From NCBI RefSeq assembly GCF_033153115.1, contig NW_026889764.1:992001-1056000 (forward strand): a stretch of 64,000 bases of DNA, in the 5' to 3' direction. The DNA is from Saccostrea echinata (taxonomy: Eukaryota). Of the stretch, positions 25,801 to 35,900 are shown in pieces. The position numbers were made by a program, and so were the translations under genes. Position 1 is the first letter of the stretch, and each line of letters starts with the position of its first letter. The notes under the pieces are model-generated. The model was not told where the DNA came from. It searched no databases and worked only from the letters and a program-made list of their open reading frames with translations.

Positions 25801-26513
25801 TAGATGCTCTGCCATACATGTATGATATGTAGGTTTTGTCATATGTATAGTAGATGAAAGCCAAAACTTAATTCATTATGTCAGACTTTTTTCAACACTT
25901 ACATGTACAACTGTACATGGGGAATTAATTTTGACCCATTCACTCACTCCATTGACCTAGTTTTTATGCTTCCTGTGTAGCATAGCAGACATATAATGAT
26001 CACTGCTTGGTATCTCTCCCATCAACTGTTCACTGGGTGGAGTCACACTCTGACACCAAAGTGTAGAACAAACATATAATAAAGTCAAGAGTTTTAACTC
26101 TTAACTGTAAATTATAATTTTCTCATTAACAATTGTAAAGCTGATTTATTTATTGATTCTCTTGTAGGCTGTAATATGCCTGTTCATCGATAATTTCTAA
26201 GATTAGAATATGATGAATGATGTGTAGGCTGTAATATGTCTGTTTATCAATAATTTCTAAGATTAGAATATGATGAATGATGTGTAGGCTGTAATATGTC
26301 TGTTCATCGATAATTTCGAAGATTAAAATATGATGAATGATATGATGAATGAACATAATTTTTGACAGAAAGTAATCAGAATATTTTGTTTGTTATCAGT
26401 GTCCAATTGAATGGTTTCACTATGGTTGTGTTGGTCTCACTCAAGCCCCAAAAGGGAAATGGTTCTGTCCGCAATGTACTGCTGCCATCAAGCGCCGCGG
26501 TCGGAGGAATTGA
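19139..26513 (+). CDS. ING3: Inhibitor of growth 3. Exons 19139-19166, 20324-20395, 20685-20791, 21233-21298, 21467-21563, 22157-22207, 22469-22675, 22943-23016, 23503-23672, 25465-25738, 26400-26513
   Basis: [34 protein letters not shown]; [15 protein letters not shown]; [11 protein letters not shown]; PHD finger [48 protein letters not shown]. Confidence 0.95.
21852..22037 (-). mobile_element. Tc1/pogo-type MITE (degenerate, inverted copy)
   Basis: TA-CAGTTAAACTTC...AGGTTTACTG-TA; related to the copies at 23847 and 45728. Confidence 0.65.
22748..22817. repeat. (TA)n microsatellite
   Basis: Direct reading. Confidence 0.95.
23847..24021 (+). mobile_element. Tc1/pogo-type MITE
   Basis: TA-CAGTCAAACCTCG...CGAAGTTCAACTG-TA (TA TSD). 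Confidence 0.8.
24151..24319. repeat. 169-bp foldback palindrome, probably part of a larger non-autonomous DNA element extending to ~25040
   Basis: Arms of ~80 bp (GAGTTATTGGTGTGTAAATCACACAGACTTG / CAAGTCTGTGTGATTTACACACCAATAACTC) around an ~8-nt loop. A further IR, CACACAGAGCT / AGCTCTGTGTG, lies at 24421 and ~25006. Confidence 0.85.
26163..26355. repeat. 60-bp minisatellite x3 in the last ING3 intron
   Basis: Unit TGTAGGCTGTAATATGTCTGTTCATCGATAATTTCTAAGATTAGAATATGATGAATGATG. Confidence 0.9.
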
Positions 26514-27748
26514 TTTGTGTGCAATACATCATGGAGACTGTCTGATCATCTTGTATATATACATGACTGTATGCGACTTGTTTTATATGTGATATTTTTT
26601 CACATTAGTGCTTATGATATGGCATTGTACTGGTTTATATGTTTGTTACCATATGTGCATTCCACTAGTACTGAAAACAAACACAATTAATTGTTAATTT
26701 TTTTTTTTATTTTTTTTTTTTGTAACTAGGTCATTTTAAATAAAATCAGATCTGTGTAAAGGAAATGAATACATAAGTTTATCTTTTTAAAAATTGCTTT
26801 TGTTCCACATGGCCAAATTAGCTAGGAATTCAGTATTCAAATTTTCTGTGAATAGCTTGCCAAATTCTATTTTTTATTTTGTTTTTCCACCTTTAATATA
26901 ATATACATTTAATATAATATACATTTAATAATAAGTTAATAAATGTATTAGTTGTAACATAGCGTTGACCATTGATTTCTCTCCAGACTAAAAAGTTCTC
27001 AACATAATCATCAAATGATTCATTGTATGAATCCACTTTTCCTCTTTTAATTTTTTTACATGCAAAATAAAATTGTTCAAAAAGCATAATGCTTCTTACC
27101 CAGGGTTGAGAAAATATATGTACAGCAAATGTGGGAAATCAAATCACTGTATCATCTTACACACGTGATTATCATACACATTACCAATAATCAGATTTTC
27201 TGTGGCCAATTTCTACACGTGTTGTAATTTCTCTTAATTTGTAAGGTATTAACAGTTTGGAAATTTTCATTTGTGCCTTTTGTACGTAAGATTTTTGCTG
27301 ACTTTTTTTGTGAGTTTGTTTTTGGATTTGCCAATCTAATTAAAATAAAATCTTTGATGATCCACTCCAAGTACAATACTACCCAAACATTTTTATGTAG
27401 TGATCTACTTCGAGTGGATCAAAGATCCAATTTTAATTAGATTGTGGATTTGTGTACATATGATAAGATTTAAAAAGCTGAAAAAAGATTTTTTTTTTGA
27501 CAATTTCTTATATTCAGTGCTTTTTGTGCATTAAATGTTGCTTAATTTTGTACCTTTGTTAAAATAAAAGACTGAAAGCCTAACAATGTTTGTTTGACAT
27601 TCTGTGCTATTAGAAGAACACATTAATGAATCAAGTCTCAGATATTGAATTTTTAGCTCTACTGGTTTGTTCTTGTTATAGAGGAAGAGAAAAGTTGCAA
27701 CTGAACTCAAAACAAATTCTTTTTTATCTAGTGTTACATTAAGAGTTT

Positions 27749-28509
27749 CTGTGGAATCATTTTAATTCATTGGGTCAATGTTCGTGGACAAACATAATTT
27801 TACTGGTTCTTTGGGACACAGATGTAAATTAAGGGATAACTTTTCTTATTAAAGAAGATCCATTGAGTCATATGTTGACAAAGTTTTCATTCATAGGGAT
27901 TTAAAATCCACCTGTGACATCACTCTTTTGTTTGAGCGCTCCATTATTTTTCAGGAATGGAGAGTTGCAAATTAAAATTGAAAACAGAATTTGTTTTGTT
28001 CATATTCTCCTTCCCGTGCCTCTACCTAGGAAAGAACTTAGAAAATTTTAATAAGTTTATTTTCATTAAAAGAAAATAACTGTGATACAGTTGAGAATCC
28101 AACTTGGTACCATCACCTTGTTAGGCAGGCATTCATCTCACTAAACGATCAATGCTGTTGAATGAAAACGGATTTAAATAAATTCAGTACACTTTTTTTG
28201 CCTTACTTTCTCTCTATATATATTAAATACTACTTACATGTTAAATGCATATTTACAGTGTTATCTTAAAAATATTCTTTATGATATTTTAGCAAATAAT
28301 AACTACAAATAGATAAGAAAGTGGATTTTAAGCAGGTTAATATACTGGTAGCGCTCCATTCCGTAAAAGCAGTGGGCCTCAGTCCTTTCAGGGCCTCACT
28401 CCATTACTTTTTAAGAATAAAGCACTACTCGTACATTAATCCTAATGTAAATTCGTGGCTAAGAGTAACCCAGGAACTTGGTCCCCCACTAACAATGATG
28501 ATTCCATAG
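27749..28509. mobile_element. Probable Tc1/pogo-type MITE, possibly with a nested insert
   Basis: CTGTGGAATCAT ... ATGATTCCATAG, 11/12 complementary. Confidence 0.45.
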
Positions 28510-28716
28510 TATTCAAAACATGTACCAAGTTTTATTGAAATCAAACCAACTGTTAGGAAAAATTTTTCACAAGCATGATATACAAAAAAAAAACGCTCTT
28601 TAGCTCACCTGGACTGAAAACTCAAGTGAGCATCCTTGGGTACGAAGGGAATTCAAGTTTGTTCAAATGAGGGTCACACCCTCTTTCAAGGGGAGATAAT
28701 TAAGAATTAGTGAAAA

Positions 28717-29639
28717 GAAGATGGGCGTGTTTGGCGTGTGATCTGCAGGAATAAAGCGTACGAAACATTTATAGTTTAAATGTCTACGATTTGGTCGGCT
28801 GACCACAGCTGGACATACTCTACAAAGTTACGCACATGGAAAAATGTTACATTTAGCTTGAAATACTTTGTCAAATTAATATATCAGTCCACTTATCTTA
28901 ATGATTACTACATGTAAAACTTAGTAACGCTTGACATAAATAATAAACACCTATAGCGTATAGTTAAATGCGATTACATGTATATAACTAAGTATCAGTA
29001 GGTTGGAAGAATTGCTTTCGCTTTCGGTGCAACAGAACCAGAATGTATCTATTTAAAAATAAATCAGTACATAAAAATAAACAGATAAACGAATTGATTG
29101 TTTGTACTAAAAAAAAAAATTAACGCTCCATGCGAGGATCGAACCAAAAATATTTCTTATGCATTGCACTGTACGGGTAACACATACTACTGAGCTATCA
29201 CCGCTACACACGCTTTATGGTTTTTAAAGCGACAATAAAGCACCGCTTTTACACATCGAAATTTTTTTTGGAAAAAAGTTCATTTTTTATCGTCTCTGGG
29301 TCTTCTCTCCATTTTTTACAAATGTTCATTAGTTTCTTTGCATTAAAATGCATACAAATAATGTTTCAAAATCATGGAGAGATGACCCAGAGGTAGCAAA
29401 TTTTTAGAAAAACGTGTTTGAAAATGCAACGTTTTGTATCAAATGACTCATCTAGCCAATTTTCAAATTCTTTTTTAGCAAATCAAAATAAAATATCGGG
29501 AAAATATTTCCCTTTCCTATTTCACAGGAACCCGATACATCAAAAGATTGCTAAAATTTCATGCAACAGGTCAATGAATTTTTCACTTTTCAAGTGCGCC
29601 CAGATTCCTGCCGAATGCCAATCAAAAGCGCCCTCGTTC
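28717..29639. mobile_element. Non-autonomous TIR element nested in the HINE, carrying a tRNA-like segment
   Basis: Imperfect ~40-bp TIRs (AAGAAGATGGGCG..TTT..GCAGGAAT / ATTCCTGC..AAAAGCGCCCTCGTTCTT). Host sequence resumes on both sides. Confidence 0.6.
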
Positions 29640-29831
29640 TTTGGTGGTATCTTTTAAATATCTGCTTCTTAAGAACCACTGGTCCAAAAAAGTTGAAACT
29701 TAAATGAAAGCCTTTTTCAGATAGTGTAGATTCAAGTTTGCTCAAATCATGCCCCCAGGGGTGGGGGGAGAGGGGCAATGGGGGGATCAAAGCTTTACAA
29801 AGGAATATTTAGGAAAAAATCTTTTTCACAA

Positions 29832-30908
29832 TGTAGTAGTGTGGAATATATTTATTTAATAAATGTTTTAAATTAAATGTAAATAAATTAAACTACCATA
29901 ATAGATAAAATGTTGGATCCACCCCTTTATTTCCCTAGCCCTACCTGTAAACTTGTACACCTGTATATAAATAATTAGTTACCTTAGGGCAGGTCAGAGG
30001 TTTTGGTGTTTTATTGGTTTTCATTGGTAGTTTGTTTATAAAGTTGGATCTCATTGGTTTTATTCTTTTGGTCATTGGTTTTACCGCCAAAATATTCATT
30101 CTTTGTCTTGTTGAGAGATTACCAAGACTTCATTTTATGGACTCTCTCATGACCTTGACTTGGAGACTGACTTTTTTTCCACTTTTAGTAAGTACTAACT
30201 TTTCTTTATTGCTAATAGTTAATTAACTTGTGCAGTCTGTAAATATGCAATTATAATAAATCCCTTCTACACTTTATATTAATAGAATGAATGACCATGA
30301 GAGAAAGATATTTATTTTTATGATTGGAATTATTGATTTTGAAGATCAGTAATGTTATATATTGAAAGTGTAAATTGTTATGTTCAAATTACACTATATA
30401 TTTTATGACCAAGATATTTGGTTACTTTGTTCAAAGTGAACAGATGATTTTTTTTATTTTAATGGAATATATATATTTTAATGTATACTGTATTAAATTA
30501 CAGAATCCATATACATGTTTATGACATCATACATACATGTGGTAATTAAAGCCTTTTCCCACAGAATGGTGAGGAACTATTTGTTTTAATTAGTAATATT
30601 TTTTATGCCTTTATATGGGAGAAAATATGTAAAGTCTATGTATCAGTTGTAAGGGTTATCTCCCTTTATTGAGAGTCAATGTACATATAAAGATACATCT
30701 TGTCTATAATATATCATTATCAATATGTTATCTATGAGAGCTAGATGTATGTATAAATGATGCATTAATAGGATTGATTTGATGTGATATAATATTGTTG
30801 TTTTATTATATTTCAGGGCTATGTTAATATATACTGCTCACTGTGTCAATAAAATAGACCTGAACCTGACAGAGGCGTGCTTGTTTATTTACACAAACCC
30901 CTGTTACA
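29832..30908 (+). repeat. 5' LTR
   Basis: TGTAGTAG...CTGTTACA; TATA-like TATATAAA at ~29964; AATAAA at 30848. Confidence 0.97.
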
Positions 30909-31783
30909 ATTTCAGTTTCAATTTTCTGTTTCAATTACAGGTGTCAATAAGTTGAGTGGAAGTTTAAGTTTCATTTATTGTCAGTGGTGTTTTGTGCTGT
31001 TGGTTCATTCACGTGGTGTTTGTAGTGTATAGTAGTCTAATTCACTAGATATAGTTAAAACAGCTCTTTTAAAACCCCAAATTTCCCACTGTCTTGTATT
31101 TATAAATTTGTGTTTTGAAATTACCGCCTTTACGCTTGTATTCATATCGAGATCGGTTTCTTTATTTACGCATTTTCGATCGAGCTCGACCTGCGCGAAA
31201 TTTGTTTTCAGTTTGCAGCTTCCTGTGTAAACACGTTTTTGGTTTGACTTAAAAATTTCGTTTATTTTCTAATTGTTTGTTATTTATTTGAATTAATATG
31301 TGACTTTCAGGTAAGAATTGGGTTTATTTCATTGCATTCATTTACTCTTTAGGTATTATTTAAACGCATATTTCTTGATTTCAGTGAAATTTGACCATAC
31401 TTGCACTTGTAAATTTTAGACTGTATTGTTGATCAATCTTTCCTTTATTTATAATCTTATGTGACTTGCATAGTTCAATCATTTGACCGGAAGTATATTA
31501 AGTTAACCGGAAGTAGAAATTTATTTTTGTTTTTCAGGTTTATAAATACGATACCACATTTATTTTAGTTCCACATGTGAACTACCCTCCTGTATTAAAA
31601 AGTTATTCTTCAATATTAGTCTAGCATTTCATTTGTTCAATTAGAACAACCCTCCCTTACATATTGAAAATTATTTAAAGTTACATCTGGAGTGAATAAC
31701 TGAAATTTTCCATTTTTCAAATATTTTGAATGTAATTTATGAACTTAGTTTATTGTTTATTGTTTTCTATCACACTCGTCATC

Positions 31784-32971
31784 ATGTCGAACACCAAGGA
31801 AACAGACTTAACACAGAAAGAGGAAATATCCTTCACACAGACAGAAGTTCAGAATATTGTAGATGCTTTATCAACAATGAAAATAAAGCCGAAAGCCGAC
31901 ACTCCACAAGACTTTTTACAGTGGATGGAATCCATGAGCAAGTTATCTGAAGTGAAAATGGAGCCCCAGTATGCTAGTGGTACCACAGCAGAATCAAAAT
32001 CAGTGGTTAACATCCATTATCCAAAAATCTCATTCTTCTCTGGAAACACCAAGACAGACACAACCTACGATGTATGGAAATACGAGGTTGAGTGCTTACT
32101 TAGAGAATCGTACAAGCCAGAAGTCATACATCATGCCATTAGACGTTCTCTGAGGGGAGAGGCAAGTCGAGTTATTATGCATCTTGGCCCAGGAGCTTCC
32201 ATCGCTGCCATTATGAATTAACTTGACAGCATATATGGAACAGTGTCTGAAAGAGAAGATATACTGGCAGAGTTTTATAGTGCTCATCAGAAAGAGGATG
32301 AAGAATGTGCCACATGGAGTTGTCGTCTGGAAGATATCATCAGTAAAGCACAACAGAAAGGCCTAGTAGGTTATATAGAATCACAAGAAATGCTGCGCAC
32401 TATGTTCTTTAAAGGACTACGCCCAACATTGAAGGACATTTGTGGTCATTTATATGACAAATGCCTTACATTTGACAAATTGAGATCAGCGGTCAGGAAG
32501 GTGGAATTGGAGCATCAGCCACCAACTGAAAAGAAAAAGCTGGCTACTGCAAAGTCTGCAGTTCCTGCAGATTCATCAACAAAGAGCTTTGAAACTCTTG
32601 AAGCCCAGATCCAACAACTGACTAGTGAGGTTAGGGGAATGAAGCAGCAATATAGCTATAGTTATAACCCACAGATGCCTCAGCAATACCGACCAACAAG
32701 ACAATCCTTCCAGCGAGGAAGAAGGCAGGGAAACTATAGAGGAAATTCCACTCAGGCAGTTAGGATGCCACAGTCAGATGTTGTTTCAGACACACCTAGG
32801 TATAGGAATGAGTATGAAGTCCCTACTTGTTATAAATGTGGGCAGAAGGGTCATATAGCCATTGGATGCCGTGTACGAATGGATCATAGAAGAGCGTATT
32901 TAAACTCCAAGAAGCCAGCGTCTGGGGACAAGGGGTTGGCAAGAGAACAAGGAGTCCCAAAGTTCCAATAA
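31784..32971 (+). pseudogene. gag: gag (PNMA-like capsid plus CCHC zinc knuckle) interrupted by an in-frame TAA at 32219-32221
   Basis: ORFs 31739-32221 and 32243-32971 share one frame: ..IRRSLRGEASRV..IMN*LDSIYG..FYSAHQKEDE..; CYKCGQKGHIAIGC. The start could be 31739 or 31784. Confidence 0.88.
32899..32958 (+). promoter_or_regulatory. -1 programmed ribosomal frameshift signal
   Basis: T TTA AAC in the gag frame; 8-nt spacer; stem GCCAGC/GTTGGC; loop GGGAC pairs with downstream GTCCC. The -1 frame is open into pol. Confidence 0.85.
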
Positions 32972-35900
32972 TTGGATCATCGAATGAGATCAGAGTGTCC
33001 ATCAATGATATATCGTGTACAGCACTTATAGACACAGGAGCTACGGTCTCAACGATTAGCGAATCCTTTTATTATGAGAATCTTAGCAGAGATGTTGAAC
33101 TACATTCTATAGAAGAGGCCATAAGAATAGAATGTGCAGATGGACAACTTATGCCCTACATTGGATATGTCAGTGTTAATCTGACACCATTCGGCATCCC
33201 TGGACTAGACAAACTACATGATTGCTTGTTCCTTGTTGTGCCTAATAGTACATACAACTCTCATGTACCTGTATTAATAGGGACAAACATTTTACAGAAC
33301 CTTATTGATGTGACCAGAGAGGAACATGGTTCTAGATTTCTACAGGAAGTAGCTATTCAGACCCCATGGTATTTAGCCTTCCGTTGCATCATACTCAGGG
33401 AAAGAGACCTACAGAAGAATGGATATGCCTTAGGACTGGTGAAAAGTGCCGAGACAACAAGAGTTATAATTCCCCCTAACAGTAACATCACTATCACTGG
33501 ATATGTGGATAAGAAGATTCCATACCAAAAAGTTACTGTGATGATGCACCAGTCGTCTAAGTCTTCCATACCAGATGATGTTGATATAGAGGCAACACTA
33601 CATCCATATCTATATGATGAATGCCAGATATTGCCCGTGACAATCAACAATATTACTACTAGGACCATTTCCATTTCACCAAAAGCAGTTGTCTGTGAGA
33701 TTCAGCCTGTGGTCATAGAGGATCCTGGTAAATTCTCTGAGAGTGAACCAACTGCATCACCTGAGTTGGAGAGAATATTGAACAAGATTCATTTACCAGA
33801 TGACATCACTGAAGAAGAAAGACAGGCTTGCAGAGAATTAATAGAATCCTATCAAGACATCTTTTCAACTGGCGATTTAGACATAGGAACAACGGATAAA
33901 GTAAAGCACCGGATTGAATTATCTGATGAGACGCCATTTAAACAGAAATACCGGAGAATACCACCAGCCATGATAGAGGAAGTGCGGTCCCATATCAAGG
34001 ATCTCTTGGCTGCTGGGATAATTAGACCATCTCATTCTCCTTTCTCATCAAATGTGGTCTTAGTTCGTAAAAGCGATGGTTCACTACGCCTTTGCATTGA
34101 TTATAGACAACTCAACTCTCGGACCATAAAGGACAATTATGCATTACCAAGGATTGAGGAAATTTTGGATTCTCTCTCTGGTAATACCTACTTCAGCGTC
34201 CTTGATATGAAGTCCGGCTACCATCAGATCGAGATTGAGGAACATCATAAAGAGAGAACCGCATTTACAGTAGGACCTCTGGGATTCTATGAATTCAACA
34301 AGATGAGTTTCGGTTTAGCAAACGCCCCAGCCACGTATCAACGTCTACAAGAAGAATGTTTAGGCGACTTACATCTCAAAATTTGTTTTATTTATTTAGA
34401 TGATTTAATTATTTTTTCTTCTTCTTTCAGACAACACCTTGACCGACTCCAACAGGTTTTCCAACGTATTCGAAATTATGGTCTTAAACTTTCTCCTAAA
34501 AAATGTTCTTTTTTCATGAGCAGAGTCAAGTATGTAGGACATATTGTCTCAAAGGATGGGGTTGAGCCAGACCCAGATAAAATTTCCAAAGTCAAAAACT
34601 GGCCAGTACCTACTAATTCTGAACAGGTTAGACAATTTTTAGGTTTTGCCGGATACTATAGGAAATTCATCAAAGACTTCGCTAAGGTTGCTAGACCACT
34701 CATTGATGTAATGGCTGTTGGTAAGAAACCCAGAAGCAACAGTAAGCAAAAGGCAGATTCCAAGTGGAAATGGAATCAGGAACAACAAACGGCATTTGAC
34801 ATCCTCAAAGAGAAACTGACATCACCACCCATCTTAGCCTATCCAGACTTCAGCCAACCATTCAAACTGCATACAGATGCATGCCAAACAGGATTAGGCG
34901 CAGTTTTATACCAAACTCAAAGTGGGTCAGATAGAGTCATCGCCTATGCCAGTCGCGGATTAAGCCGCTCAGAGAAGAATTATCCTACACACAAACTTGA
35001 GTTTCTGGCGCTGAAATGGGCAGTCACTGAGAAATTTGCAGACTATCTTCAAGGAAAAGACTTCACCGTTTACACCGATAACAATCCCCTTACTTATGTT
35101 TTAAGCAGCGCTAAACTGGATGCTACAGGACACAGATGGATTTCTTCTTTGGCTAGTTACAACTTTAAAATTCTTTACAAACCTGGAAAAACCAACATAG
35201 ATGCTGACAGCTTATCTAGACTCAAGGAAACTGAAACTATTTCTTCAGAGTCCATCAAAGCCATATGCCAGATAGGTCAACCTTATGCAGAGACATTATG
35301 TGTAGATGAAGAGATATGCCAGTTTATGCAACCTGTCAGTGAACCTGGAGAGCATTTTGATATTGTTTCATTACAAGATGATGACACTACTATTTCTTAT
35401 TGGAAACAGCAAGTCCTCAAAGGAGTAAAACCTAGTAAGAACTCGCTCCAGACTGAAAGTGACCTTATTTTTCATCGGAATTTTTCAAAACTAAAGATAA
35501 AGGATGGAATATTGATACGAGAAGTTAGAAATGAGGGAAACACGTTAGAACAGCACATCATTCCAGCCTCATCTATTCCAACAGTAGTGAAGTATCTCCA
35601 CAATAAGATGGGACACCTAGGCCGTGATAAGACTTTATCATTGGTACGACAAAGGTTTTATTGGCCGAGAATGCAAAAGGATGTAACAACTTGGATTGAG
35701 AATTGTGAGAGATGCATCAAGAGTAAGAGGCCAGCTGAGAAGACAGAGCTAGTAAACATCACTACATCTCAGCCATTAGAGTTAGTATGCATGGACTATC
35801 TTACATTGGAACCATCAAAAGGAGGAATCCAGAACATTTTAGTTATTACAGATCATTTTACTAAATTTTCTATTGCAGTTGCAACAAGAAACCAGACAGC

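Noticed and set aside
29122-29204. Functional tRNA gene
   Set aside because: Only the A/B boxes are recognisable; the anticodon arm and acceptor stem do not fold convincingly.
30014-30226. 70-aa hydrophobic ORF in both LTRs (also 37483-37695) as an env-like or membrane peptide
   Set aside because: It starts at TTG, its hydrophobicity follows from T-richness, and its duplication only reflects LTR identity.
33357-33674. Antisense ORFs within pol
   Set aside because: Short shadow ORFs with no recognisable motifs.
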